NCBI GenBank assembly: GCA_965223845.1
Contig: CBDCXR010000004.1
Coordinates: 3,520,001-3,584,000, forward strand
Reading direction: 5' to 3'
Origin: Planctomycetota bacterium
GTDB lineage: Bacteria; Planctomycetota; UBA8108; SXIK01
Length of the DNA stretch: 64,000 bases
The notes beneath the pieces were generated by a model. The model searched no databases, was not told where the DNA came from, and saw nothing but the letters and a program-made list of their open reading frames with translations. The position numbers were made by a program, and so were the translations under genes. Positions 1-9,712 of this stretch are shown piece after piece; the first letter of the stretch is position 1, and each line of letters starts with the position of its first letter.

Positions 1-2424
1 GGTACCCCGCACATCGACATCGAGGAGATCTTTCGGCGTCAAACGATCCGCCGCCGCGTACTGAACGCGCACGTCGACGTCCTCGTCGAGCCGGCGGTCC
101 TTCACACTGCCGTGGATGAGACCGTCGTTCGCGGCACGGAGCGCGAGTGCGGCGTCCTCGGGAAAGAACCCGAGCGCCGAAGCGCGTTCCGTCTCGAGGG
201 AGAATCGATACTCCTTCGGACCGAGGTCGAAGTTGTCGGAGATCGAGTCGACGCCCTCGATCGTCCTGAGCTCTCGCTTGATCTCCTCGGCGACGCGCTG
301 CGCGGCTTGGTAGTCGTTCGACTCGACCCGCACGGCCACCGGTCGTCCGAGCGGCGGCCCGTCACGCGGCGCGAACACCTCGACCAGGTCGAAGCGATGT
401 TCGCTCTGCGCCTTCACGCTCGCATCGATTCCTGCCCGCAGCTCCCGGATGAGTTGCTCGGGATCGGCCATCAGCTCGGGAATATCGGCGAGTGTGCCCA
501 TGAAGAACGCGACGTCCGGACGGCGAAGGATCACCCCGTCGACCGTCATGCGAAAGCCGACGATCGTGTAATAGTTGACGAGAAGGCCCTTCCGGTGAAG
601 CTTGTCGAGCTCCTCCTCGATGAGACGCGCCGCATCGTCGCTCTGCTCGAGACTGTAGGACGGATCGCCCTTGAACGTCACGAACACGGCGTTGAAGTCG
701 CTCACCCACGGATCCTGCGGAATGTTGAGCACGAGCCCGACGAGAAGCACGGAGCCACCGAGTACGAGCGCGAGGAACGCGAGGCGGAAGCGAAGCACGA
801 GCCGGAGCGCGGCGAGATAGACTTTTCGCCCCCCGTCAAAGACCGCTCCCCGCATTCCACTGAAAAACCTTCCGACCGGTCCCGGTTTTCGTCCCTTCGT
901 GCGCGCGCCGAAGTCGAGATAGTGAACGGGAAGGACGGTCACGCACTGAACGACGGAGAAGATGAGCGCGAGAATGACGACCTTCGGGATGAAACTGAAA
1001 AACTTGCCGGACACACCCGTTTGAAGAAGGAGAGGCGACATCGCGGCGACCGTCGTGAGACAGGCGTTGAAGACGGGCCAAGCCACCTCGGATGCGCCCT
1101 CGAGAACCGCCTCGCGAATCGGCTTTCCCAGCTCCACGTGCCGGTAGATGTTCTCGAGCGTCACGATCGCGTCGTCGACGAGCATCCCTCCGACGAGCAC
1201 CATGCCGAAGAGCGTGAGGTTATTGATGCTCATGTCCGCGGAGGGAAAGAGGATGAACGCGCAGAGGTATGCGAACGGAACGCCGACGAGAGCGATGAGT
1301 GCGTTTCGAAGGCCCACCGCGAAAAAGAGGATCACCGCGACGAGACAGATCCCCCGCGAGAGATTGTCGAGAAGCACGGAGAACCGACTCCGCACGACAT
1401 CCGACTGATCGCCGACGATCTCCCACACGAAGCCGGCCGGCGCCTGCTCCATGAAGGCATCGATCACCCGACCGCAGTCTTCGCGGATCGAGATCGTGTC
1501 GCTGTCCTCTTCCTTCGCGATGTTGAGAACGATCGCCCGCTTCCCGTTCATGCGGGTGATTTCGCGCTCGGGCTCGAAGCCCTCCTCGACGCGAGCCACG
1601 TCGCGCACTCGGATCGGCGAGGCGCCCGGAACGAGACGCACAACGGCGCGCTCGATGTCTTCGCGATCGAGATGCTCGGCGTCGAAGCGGAGGCGGATCT
1701 CTTCTTCTCCGCCGCCTAGAGCTCCGGGCGGCGGCGCGAGACCCTCGCGCCGAATCGCTCCCGCGGAATGCGAACGACTCGAGCGCTGGAGCGCCGTGAG
1801 AACATCGAGAACCGATACGTCCGCACGTCGCGCGGCCAAGCGGTCGATGAGGACGCGATACTCGCGTTTTCGGTATCCTCCGTAAGTGACCTTCGTCACC
1901 CCCGGAACGGCGGTCAGCCGCTGCCGGAGCTCGCGTCCAACCTCGCGCAGCATCAGCTCGGTCGCAGATTCGTCCTCGCTGAAGAGAACGATCGAGAATA
2001 GCGGCCAGACTTCGCTCGTCGTCAGCTTCTGAAGGAACGGAGTCTCCGCGTCCTCGGGAAGATCCGTCGCGCGGTCGAGCGCGGCGCGGAGATCGTTGAA
2101 CGCGATCTCGAACTCGGCGTCGGTGAGCCCCTCATCGAACTTGACGTCGATGAAGCTCATCCCGGGGAGAGAATCACTGACGATCCGCTTCACTCCCGAG
2201 ATGTCTTCGATCTCATCCTCGAGCTCATTCGTGACGAGGCGCTCGACGTCTTCGGGGCTCGCACCGTCCCAGATCGTCGTGATCCAAGCCTCGGCCAGGG
2301 TCACCTCCGGCCACGGATCGACGGGGAGACGTCGAAAGACCCCGACGCCGACTCCGATGAGGAGCACGAAGAGAAGATTGATCAGCACGCGCTGATCGAG
2401 GGCGAGCGAGATGAGCGGCTTCAT
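1..2424 (-). CDS. RND efflux transporter permease subunit (AcrB/AcrD/AcrF family), 3'-truncated by the window edge
   Basis: Absent from the ORF track because no stop lies in the window. Manual translation from ATG 2424: MKPLISLALDQRVLINLLFVLLIGVGVGVFRRLPVDPWPEV...WDGASPEDVERLVTNELEDEIEDISGVKRI..., later GMLVDDAIVTLEN. ATGA overlap with the adaptor gene stop. Confidence 0.95.
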   Translation of the reverse strand, partial: MKPLISLALDQRVLINLLFVLLIGVGVGVFRRLPVDPWPEVTLAEAWITTIWDGASPEDVERLVTNELEDEIEDISGVKRIVSDSLPGMSFIDVKFDEGLTDAEFEIAFNDLRAALDRATDLPEDAETPFLQKLTTSEVWPLFSIVLFSEDESATELMLREVGRELRQRLTAVPGVTKVTYGGYRKREYRVLIDRLAARRADVSVLDVLTALQRSSRSHSAGAIRREGLAPPPGALGGGEEEIRLRFDAEHLDREDIERAVVRLVPGASPIRVRDVARVEEGFEPEREITRMNGKRAIVLNIAKEEDSDTISIREDCGRVIDAFMEQAPAGFVWEIVGDQSDVVRSRFSVLLDNLSRGICLVAVILFFAVGLRNALIALVGVPFAYLCAFILFPSADMSINNLTLFGMVLVGGMLVDDAIVTLENIYRHVELGKPIREAVLEGASEVAWPVFNACLTTVAAMSPLLLQTGVSGKFFSFIPKVVILALIFSVVQCVTVLPVHYLDFGARTKGRKPGPVGRFFSGMRGAVFDGGRKVYLAALRLVLRFRLAFLALVLGGSVLLVGLVLNIPQDPWVSDFNAVFVTFKGDPSYSLEQSDDAARLIEEELDKLHRKGLLVNYYTIVGFRMTVDGVILRRPDVAFFMGTLADIPELMADPEQLIRELRAGIDASVKAQSEHRFDLVEVFAPRDGPPLGRPVAVRVESNDYQAAQRVAEEIKRELRTIEGVDSISDNFDLGPKEYRFSLETERASALGFFPEDAALALRAANDGLIHGSVKDRRLDEDVDVRVQYAAADRLTPKDLLDVDVRGT

Positions 2425-3626
2425 GGCGAACCGGAAGATCGCACTTCCGCCCCCGGCGAGAGTTGATCGATCGGTGAGGCGATCAATCGATCGCCGGCGC
2501 TGACTCCGGCTTCTACGTGCCAAAAACCAGGCTCGTCGGCGACGGAGCGAACTTCGACGGTTCTCACCGCGGCGCGAAGCTCCTCACCGTCCGGGACGAC
2601 GACGTACACCGAGCGCTGACCGAATCGGTCGAAGACGATTTCCTTAGGAACGAGAAGGAGCGTCTTCGTACGTCCGACCCGAAACCGAGCCCGGGCGAAA
2701 AGTCCCGGAACGAGATCTCGGTTCTCGTTCGGGAGACGAACGATCACGGGAAAACGCCGCGATTCGGAGCGAGCGCCGGCGGGGAGCTCGCTGATCACGC
2801 AGCCCTCGCGATCCGAGGGGATCGAGTGGAGCGCGGGATCGACGTCGACGATCTCGACGCGAGCGGAGTCGCCGACGCGAAGCGAGAGCCTCACTTCGGC
2901 CGGAACCTCGACGGCGAGCTCGAGCGGATCGAGGACGCGCAGCTCCCCGATCGGTGCGCCGGTGCGCAGGTACTCGCCGACCTGGGCGTGATCCCGAAAC
3001 CAGACACCCGCGCGCGGAGCCGAAACGCGACAGCGCGAGAGATAGAGCTCCGCTTCGCGTTCGGCCGCGGCACTGGCCGTTCGCTCGGCCTCGATCGCGA
3101 GCAGCTCCGAGCGGAGTCGGTCCTCTTCGGCGACTCCGAGCGACCCCTCCGCGACGAGCTTCTTCACGCGGTCGAGCTCCGTGCGGAGAAACGCCGCCCG
3201 CGCTTCGAGTCCGACACCCCGCGCTCGCGCACTTTCGACGCGCGCCGAGTAGAAGACATTCTCGAGCCTAGCGATCTCTTCCCCGGCCTCGACCAACTCT
3301 CCTTCGTTCTTCCCGATCGCTTCGAGCTTGCCGTCGGTCTCCGCGGCGAGGGTGATCGTCGATGGCGACTCGAGGAATCCGGTCGACTCGTAGATGACCT
3401 CCTTCTCGGTCGCCTGAAGCTCGAGCACGCGAACCTCGATCGCGACATCCGTCTCGGGCGGCTCGATGTCTCGCATGCGATCGGAGAACTCCGCCATGAG
3501 GTCGAGTCCGATCCAGGCAAGAAAGAGAGCCACCGCGATGACGAGCACCGTCACGCTCAAATAAACGGGCTTCGGTACTCGGGGGAGGGGTTCGGCCGGA
3601 GGCGGCGCGGTGTCGGACTGGTGCAT
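2421..3626 (-). CDS. RND efflux periplasmic adaptor subunit (MFP)
   Basis: N-terminal TM, lipoyl-like half motifs (EGELVEAGEEIARL; VSAPRAG), coiled coil, LVPGLFAR; lies between TolC and RND genes. Confidence 0.93.
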   Translation of the reverse strand: MHQSDTAPPPAEPLPRVPKPVYLSVTVLVIAVALFLAWIGLDLMAEFSDRMRDIEPPETDVAIEVRVLELQATEKEVIYESTGFLESPSTITLAAETDGKLEAIGKNEGELVEAGEEIARLENVFYSARVESARARGVGLEARAAFLRTELDRVKKLVAEGSLGVAEEDRLRSELLAIEAERTASAAAEREAELYLSRCRVSAPRAGVWFRDHAQVGEYLRTGAPIGELRVLDPLELAVEVPAEVRLSLRVGDSARVEIVDVDPALHSIPSDREGCVISELPAGARSESRRFPVIVRLPNENRDLVPGLFARARFRVGRTKTLLLVPKEIVFDRFGQRSVYVVVPDGEELRAAVRTVEVRSVADEPGFWHVEAGVSAGDRLIASPIDQLSPGAEVRSSGSP

Positions 3627-3629
3627 CGC

Positions 3630-5204
3630 TTAGCGGTCCTCGGCAGGATCTCGATGGGATTCGCCTTCAGGTTCGCCCTCGACTTCGGATTCGGGCTCGG
3701 GGCTCGACTTCGGATCAGAAGGGTCGCCGTCGAGCGGCGCATCACCGAGCTCTTCCGACTCGAATTCCTCGATCGCCCCGTCCTCTCCGCCCACACCGCA
3801 GGCGTGAAGGAGTCGCGCGTAGGTGAGCAGAAGCTCGAATCGCGCGCGGATGCGAATCGAGCGTTCGGTGTCGAGCAGCGATTCGGCCTCGAGAACCTCC
3901 TGTCCGTTGGCGCGCCCTTCGCGAAAGAGGTCGCGCACTCGCCCGAGATGCTCTTCGGCCTGCGCGACGACGACGGCCGCGACCTCGATACGATCCTGCG
4001 AGCGAACGAGAGCCCGCTCGATACGCCGCACGTCGGCTACGACACGTCGCTGAAACGCGCGCTGCTCGGCGCGAACGGCGTCGGCGTTCGCCTGGAGCTC
4101 GGAGGCACGGAAGCGACGGCGCCCGCCCGCGAACACTTCCCACGTCGCGTTCACTCCGCCCGAGAAGAAGCTCGGGTCGCCGAAATCGCTCTCCGTTGAG
4201 CTGTACTCGTGCTGCGCAAAGAGATCGACCGAGGGAAGGAAGGTCGCGAGCTCCGATCGGCGCGCGTCGAGGATGGCGCGGTGCTCCGAGTCGAATGCGC
4301 GCAACTCGGGACGGTGAGTGAGCGCGAGCGCCTCCCAGGGAAGACGCAGCGCTCGCTCGACGGAAACGTCGTCCGGCGCGGCGAGCTCGATGCGCGCGCC
4401 GGGAGGTTGGTCGAGAAGGCGGGCGAGCTCCTCGGTTTCGCTCACGATCAAGTCGTCGAGGCTCCGAAGATCGAACCTTCGCTGCGCGACGCGAGCTTCG
4501 ACGATGAGGACGTCGGCCTGTGTCGCCCGTCCGACGGAGCGGAGATCCCGAGCGAGCTTCGCGCTTCCTTCGAGGCTCTCGACGGACGCGGCGAGCGCGA
4601 GACGCTCCTGGTCGAGACCGAGGATCGAGTAGTAGACGCGGGCCACCTCGAGGTCGAGATCCTGATCGGCTCGGTCCTTTCGCGCTCGCACGCTCAACCA
4701 CTCTTGTTGAGCCCCGCGGTGAGCGAAGTGCGCTCGGCCCCAATCGAGCACGTTGTAGGCGAGAGTCGTCCGCTGCGTGAAGAGGTCTCGATCGACGAAC
4801 ACGATGTCGTTTCCCCCCGGGTCGCGGAAGGACAGTTCTTCGTCGCGGCGTACGAACCGCGACTCCGTGGCGAGGCGCGGGAAGTACGACGCGCGTGCCT
4901 GGCGAACGCGATTTCGCAGCGCACGCACACGCGCCTCCCACTGCTCGACCGAAGGACTCCGCGCTCGGGCTTCCTCTTGGAGCTGACGGAGGGAGAGCGG
5001 TCCCGCGTAGCCGTAGTCGCCGCTCGAATCCCGTGCCTCCACCTGCGCGACAGCGCTCTCGCTGCTCGAAACGGAAATCGCGACGATCGGCGCCGGTTCG
5101 AGCCGCGGAAGACGCGGCGGGACGATCGGGGCGCGCGATACCGCGCAAGCGGCGATCCCCACGACCATCGATACGGCGGCGAGAGCTCGCCCGATCGTCG
5201 TCAT
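3630..5204 (-). CDS. TolC family outer-membrane efflux lipoprotein
   Basis: Start reassigned to ATG 5204 (TGATG overlap with TetR stop). Lipobox IAAC; two OEP repeats (ARASYFPRL; ELATFLPSVDL); acidic C-tail. Confidence 0.9.
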   Translation of the reverse strand: MTTIGRALAAVSMVVGIAACAVSRAPIVPPRLPRLEPAPIVAISVSSSESAVAQVEARDSSGDYGYAGPLSLRQLQEEARARSPSVEQWEARVRALRNRVRQARASYFPRLATESRFVRRDEELSFRDPGGNDIVFVDRDLFTQRTTLAYNVLDWGRAHFAHRGAQQEWLSVRARKDRADQDLDLEVARVYYSILGLDQERLALAASVESLEGSAKLARDLRSVGRATQADVLIVEARVAQRRFDLRSLDDLIVSETEELARLLDQPPGARIELAAPDDVSVERALRLPWEALALTHRPELRAFDSEHRAILDARRSELATFLPSVDLFAQHEYSSTESDFGDPSFFSGGVNATWEVFAGGRRRFRASELQANADAVRAEQRAFQRRVVADVRRIERALVRSQDRIEVAAVVVAQAEEHLGRVRDLFREGRANGQEVLEAESLLDTERSIRIRARFELLLTYARLLHACGVGGEDGAIEEFESEELGDAPLDGDPSDPKSSPEPESEVEGEPEGESHRDPAEDR

Positions 5205-5830
5205 CACGGGTCGCCACCCTCTCTCGGAGGCGCCAGCGCGCTCAAGAGGAGTCGCTTGAAGACGGGCTCGAACGCTTCGGGATCGATGTCCGTCGACGCG
5301 AACACCCGTGCGTAGGTGTACCCATCGAGCGCGCACATGAGGAGCGTGGCGACATGGCCCGGATCGACGTCACGCCGCACCACCCCACGCTCCTGCCCAC
5401 GAACGAGACCTCGCGCGAGCGCCTCGCGGAATTCGCGGTAGAGCTCGCGAAATCCGTGATGGCACTGGTCACGGTAGCGCTCGTCGTACGAGAGTCGGGC
5501 CCAAAGGGTAAAGTAGAGCGGCATCCGCTCGAGAAAGGTCGGCACCTCGCCGAGCATGGCGTCGAGGAGCTCGCCGAGGGTCGCGCCGGGATCATCCGAC
5601 GCCAGGAACGCCGCGTCGACCGCGCTCGGATCGACGTCATGGCCCGCGAGGCAAAGCTCGATGAAGAGATTCTCTTTCGAGCTGAAGTACTGGTAGAGCG
5701 TCCCCTTCCCAACGCGACACGTGTCAGCGATGTCCTGCATCGTCGTCCCCGTGAAGCCGTTCTCGAGGAACGCGCGAGTCGCACCCTCGATGAGGGCTCT
5801 CCGTTTCTGAGATCGATCGAGGGCGCACAC
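5204..5830 (-). CDS. TetR/AcrR family transcriptional regulator
   Basis: HTH motif FLENGFTGTTMQDIADTCRVGKGTLYQYFSSKENLF; heads the efflux operon. Confidence 0.95.
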   Translation of the reverse strand: MCALDRSQKRRALIEGATRAFLENGFTGTTMQDIADTCRVGKGTLYQYFSSKENLFIELCLAGHDVDPSAVDAAFLASDDPGATLGELLDAMLGEVPTFLERMPLYFTLWARLSYDERYRDQCHHGFRELYREFREALARGLVRGQERGVVRRDVDPGHVATLLMCALDGYTYARVFASTDIDPEAFEPVFKRLLLSALAPPREGGDP

Positions 5831-5837
5831 GTCGGAT

Positions 5838-5920
5838 ACCGACTGGTCGAGCTACAGACTCACCACAAGAACCTTTTATTACAAGGTTTGGGTTCCTACA
5901 AGAACCGACTGGTCAGTTTT
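5838..5920. promoter_or_regulatory. Probable TetR operator sites
   Basis: ACCGACTGGTC occurs at 5838-5848 and 5904-5914; the second lies in the imperfect palindrome AACCGACTGGTCAGTT. AT-rich context directly upstream of tetR. Confidence 0.65.
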
Positions 5921-5970
5921 TTCCTTCGCCAAACTCAAGATCGGGCGCTCGATTCGCCCCGCCGCTGCGG

Positions 5971-6864
5971 TCAGCGCGAGGCCCGGGTGAACCGAGCGCG
6001 CCGGGTCTTCTGATCGAACGTCGACACGAGTTCGCGGAGCACCCCTCCACCGAGGATCACCGGCGGCCCCATTCCGACCATCGTCTCGAGATCCTCGAAC
6101 TCGACCGACCCCAGCTCCACCTTCTCGCGCAGCGTTCCCACGATGACCTCCCGCGGCCCGGAGTGCGTCAGCACGGTCCTTGCGCCACCGGAATTGGGCG
6201 CGAAGTCGAGATCGAGCTCGCCGGGAATCGATCGCGCGAGATAGAGGAATCCGTCGAAGCCGCTGTCGATGAGGATGAGTGCGCGTCTCCCCGCGACGCG
6301 CCCGAACACCTCCGGACTCTCATGCACTTGATCGCCTTCGACCAGCTCGACGACACCGGATGAGTCCGCGCGCGGTAGACTCCCCCGCTCGAGAACGATT
6401 CTTCGCCCGGGACCATCGAGCGTGAGAAGGACATCGGCGAACACGGGAAACCCGAGAACGCCATCGATTCCGGGAGTCTTTTCCGCGACCACCGCCGGGA
6501 TCCCGGTGAATCGAGCTCCGCCGATCGTCATCTCCGGGATCGTCGTCGTCCCGACGCGATGGTCTCCAGCGGCGCCCGCCGCATCGATTCGCAAATCCGC
6601 CACGGACACATCGAGCTCCAACTCGCGGGCGACTCCCGCTGAGATAAACGTCGATTCGGCACCCGTATCGAGAAGGAATCGGTAAGGACCGCTCGCGCCG
6701 AACTCCACGGAGACGAACGGTAGGTTTCCTTCCCACGAGACGTCCACCGCGAGCCGATCCGAGGCGAAGCGAGTGGAGCGGGGCGCGGCGTTCGGATTCC
6801 ACGCGCAGCCGACCGCCGCAAAACTCACGGCGACGGCGAGAAAGACGTTTCGAGAAATCATCAT
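5971..6864 (-). CDS. Retropepsin-like aspartyl protease lipoprotein with two tandem domains
   Basis: Start reassigned to MMISRNVF. Lipobox AVGC; FLLDTGA...DGVLG and ILIDSGF...VILGG motifs. Confidence 0.88.
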   Translation of the reverse strand: MMISRNVFLAVAVSFAAVGCAWNPNAAPRSTRFASDRLAVDVSWEGNLPFVSVEFGASGPYRFLLDTGAESTFISAGVARELELDVSVADLRIDAAGAAGDHRVGTTTIPEMTIGGARFTGIPAVVAEKTPGIDGVLGFPVFADVLLTLDGPGRRIVLERGSLPRADSSGVVELVEGDQVHESPEVFGRVAGRRALILIDSGFDGFLYLARSIPGELDLDFAPNSGGARTVLTHSGPREVIVGTLREKVELGSVEFEDLETMVGMGPPVILGGGVLRELVSTFDQKTRRARFTRASR

Positions 6865-7484
6865 CGCAAACCTCACGCAAGCGCTGCCGTCGGAGGTGCT
6901 GCACAGCCGCAGGAGCAACAACGTCCAAGGCTCGCGATCCGTTCCCGATGAGATCGATGAGCCGCCGGTGCGCCGCTCCCGAGACAGGCGGCCCAGTCGG
7001 CTTCCCCTCTCCCCGACCCAGCGGGCGCCGTGATCAGCGCGGGCCAGCGGAGCGCGCCGGCCCGACCGTACAACGCGAAGAGTATATCGCGCTCGCGAGA
7101 AAACCCACCGAGCCGGCGATCGCCGGTCGCGCAGGCGATCGAATGGGAACACTCGAGCGGCGCGGCACTGCGAACACGCGATCGGAGAACAAGCAGTGGT
7201 TCGGCGGCGACCGTCCGCCGTCCGCGCGCTTCTTTCCCCCATCGATCGTTTCCTGATGTGACGTCGCATGCCGGCGGTGCCTCGGATCCCAGGGCGCGTG
7301 ATCTACTCCGGCTCCGGGTCGCGGTGCCATCTCGGGCTTCGATCGAAGGTGGAGAACGGGCTCGGCGACGCCCGCGTCTCTCGGTCTGACCGACCGCGCC
7401 TCGGTTGACGCAGCCGGGAGACCGTGCGACAAGTGCCTCGGTCCGTCCTCGCCGTTTTCGTTAGGCTTCGATCGTCGCCCTCCC

Positions 7485-8666
7485 GTGACCGACATCCTCA
7501 GCGCAGTTCTCATCGCGATCGCGTGCAGTTGGATCCTGTGCGCGATCCTCACGCTTTTAGGCGCGCGGTCGCTCCGGCCGTTTCGGCGGACGAGCTCCCC
7601 GCCGGAGCCGAGCGATGGCTGGCCGCTCGTTTCGATCGTCGTCCCGTGCCGGAACGAGATCGCCGGGGTGAACGACTCGATCGACTCACTGCTAGCGCAG
7701 AACTATCCCGCGCTCGAGATCATCGCGGTCGACGACCGGAGCGACGACGGCACCGGGGAGGTGCTCGATGCGCTCGCCGCGCGTGACGCGCGGCTCCGTG
7801 TCCTCCATCTCACCGAGCTTCCCGACGGCTGGCTCGGAAAACCGCACGCGCTTCACGCCGGCAGCCTCGAAGCCCGCGGCGAATGGATCCTCTTTTCCGA
7901 CGGGGACGTCGTTCACGACCCCGAACTACTCCGCCACGCGATCGCTCACACCGCGGAACGTCGCCTCGACTATCTTACGCTCCTCCCTCACAACGAGACG
8001 GCGAGCATCTTCGTCCAGGGTGCGATGGTGTTTGCGTACATATCGATCATCATCCTCTTCGGGCTCTGGACGCGGTGGCGGAAGGAGCAGGGTTGGATCA
8101 CCGGCGGGACAGGAGCGTTCATCGTGATGCGAACGGCGACCTACCGCTCACTCGGCGGACACGAATCCCTGCGGCTCGCAGTCGTCGACGACATGGCGCT
8201 CGGCGTCCTCGCGTCCCGGCGCGGCGTACGCTGCGAGATTCGCTCCGGCCTCGATTGGTGCCGCGTCCCCTGGGCGACGACGTTTCGTGAGTTCCTCGCG
8301 GTCACGCGCAAGAACGCGTTCGCCACCGTCGGCTACTTTTGGCCGGCGCTCATCGGGCTCACGCTACTCCAGACCGTTCTCTCGACCGTCGCCCCACTCG
8401 CGATCCTCTTCGTCCCGGGACTTTGGCCGTGGGCAGCCTCGCTCTGGGCGAGTCTCGCACTATCGTTTTTCCTCGTCGCACCACTCGCCGGCGCACCGCG
8501 ATGGATATTCGTCTTTCACCCGTTCACGTCGCTCACGCTCCAGATCGCCGGATGGTTGTCCGCGATCGAAACGACGCGCCGCGGTGGGATCGAATGGCGC
8601 GATCGGTTCTATCCGCTGCGCGATCTTCGCGCGGGAGGGAGACTGCGTGCGCGAGACGCGAGCTGA
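7485..8666 (+). CDS. Family 2 glycosyltransferase, membrane-bound (HpnB/CrtQ-like)
   Basis: VSIVVPCRNE, VDDRSDDGT, LPDGWLGKPHAL, FSDGD; N- and C-terminal TM helices. Confidence 0.9.
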   Translation: MTDILSAVLIAIACSWILCAILTLLGARSLRPFRRTSSPPEPSDGWPLVSIVVPCRNEIAGVNDSIDSLLAQNYPALEIIAVDDRSDDGTGEVLDALAARDARLRVLHLTELPDGWLGKPHALHAGSLEARGEWILFSDGDVVHDPELLRHAIAHTAERRLDYLTLLPHNETASIFVQGAMVFAYISIIILFGLWTRWRKEQGWITGGTGAFIVMRTATYRSLGGHESLRLAVVDDMALGVLASRRGVRCEIRSGLDWCRVPWATTFREFLAVTRKNAFATVGYFWPALIGLTLLQTVLSTVAPLAILFVPGLWPWAASLWASLALSFFLVAPLAGAPRWIFVFHPFTSLTLQIAGWLSAIETTRRGGIEWRDRFYPLRDLRAGGRLRARDAS

Positions 8667-8728
8667 ATCGGGAGCATTCGTCCAAGTTGGCGAGTGATGA
8701 TTCCGAGAATCACCGTCGACGCGATCGC

Positions 8729-9391
8729 TCAGATCGCGGCGCGCCGGCGGTACGCCGCGCCGGTAAGGATCGCGAGCGCGATGAGCGCGAGCGCGAGCGT
8801 CGCCGGTTCGGGAGTCGCGACGAGCCCGGAGACGAATCCCTCGCTGAAGCCGCCTTCGAAGCCCTGCACGTGGAGACCGACGCGGAGCTGCCCGAAGTAC
8901 ATCGAGTCCAAGACGTCGTCGAAGGTCGAACCCGGCGCGATGTGAAAGAGGATCCCGACTGATTCACCGGTTTCATTCACGCCGTTCTGCGATCCCGGCT
9001 GGGTCGCGGTGGCGTGGAAGTCGGACGTGAACCCGATGTCGACGGCGCCGGGAACGTCCGACGGACTGCCACCGGGTGCGAACTCGACGCCGGGGTCGGA
9101 GTTGTCGATCGCGGCGAGACTGCCGAGCGTCCCTTCGCTGTCGTCGAAGTAGATGTTCCGAATGAAGCTCGCGTGAGGCCCATCGTTCCGGAGCGTGAAG
9201 AGGACCTGCCCGCCGCCCGCGTCGATCACCTCGACGGAGAGCTGGGCCTCCCCCGCCGCGATCGAAGCGAGGGAAGGATCGTTCGCGGTGATGCCGATGA
9301 ATCCGAAGACGTCGGCTCTGACGGCGGCACTCGTGGGAACGAGCGCCAGCGCGGCGACGAGAGCGCCTCGCGCGAGAACTTGGAACACCAT
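8729..9391 (-). CDS. PEP-CTERM sorting domain protein
   Basis: Signal peptide; C-terminus TPEPATLALALIALAILTGAAYRRRAAI (PEP + TM + basic tail); GGAGA SD. Confidence 0.9.
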   Translation of the reverse strand: MVFQVLARGALVAALALVPTSAAVRADVFGFIGITANDPSLASIAAGEAQLSVEVIDAGGGQVLFTLRNDGPHASFIRNIYFDDSEGTLGSLAAIDNSDPGVEFAPGGSPSDVPGAVDIGFTSDFHATATQPGSQNGVNETGESVGILFHIAPGSTFDDVLDSMYFGQLRVGLHVQGFEGGFSEGFVSGLVATPEPATLALALIALAILTGAAYRRRAAI

Positions 9392-9438
9392 GTCGTCTCT
9401 CCAACGCGGAATCTCGAAACGTCTGCACGAGGAGACGA

Positions 9439-9455
9439 TTCAAGCGGCGTGCCAA
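9439..9455 (-). promoter_or_regulatory. Sigma-54-type -24/-12 promoter for the PEP-CTERM gene
   Basis: Minus strand TTGGCACGCCGCTTGAA versus consensus TGGCACG-N4-TTGC; about 50 nt upstream of the ATG. Confidence 0.65.
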
Positions 9456-9712
9456 TCCCCGCGCCGGCGGCGGTCGCCGGCCGGCGTCGAGTGAGATCGC
9501 CGAATCTATGCCCCATGGAGGTCGGCGAGCGATCAGCGGGCGTTCGGAGCATCCAGAAGCTGGACTCACCTCGACCGTCGGGACACGCGTGCGGCGCGCA
9601 CGCGCCCGAACTGGCGAGCTCGACCCAGTTTTTGAACCGGCGCAGACCGCGCACGGGTATAGTGTCGAGCCGCGGTCGCCCGAGCGGACGGTGCGCCGCG
9701 CGAGAGTTCGCC

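Noticed and set aside
112-1719. 535-aa plus-strand ORF, and similar long ORFs at 2517-4199, 12041-13942, 18898-20982, 26415-28481, 46496-48424 and 54607-56064
   Set aside because: Antisense shadows of well-supported genes. They are expected at this GC content and codon bias and carry no recognisable motifs.
6865-7484. 620-bp divergent intergenic region with several short ORFs
   Set aside because: The ORFs are Arg/Pro-rich noise. Only -10-like hexamers are visible (TATACT on minus at 7081-7086; TAGGCT near 7462), and I recognised no RNA motif.
9014-9712. Long N-terminal extensions in the ORF track (Ldh_2, also cysG, sigma, GDPD, YqgE, TolC, aspartyl protease, cyclophilin)
   Set aside because: They overlap other genes or promoters and lack homology-like sequence; downstream starts match family N-termini.
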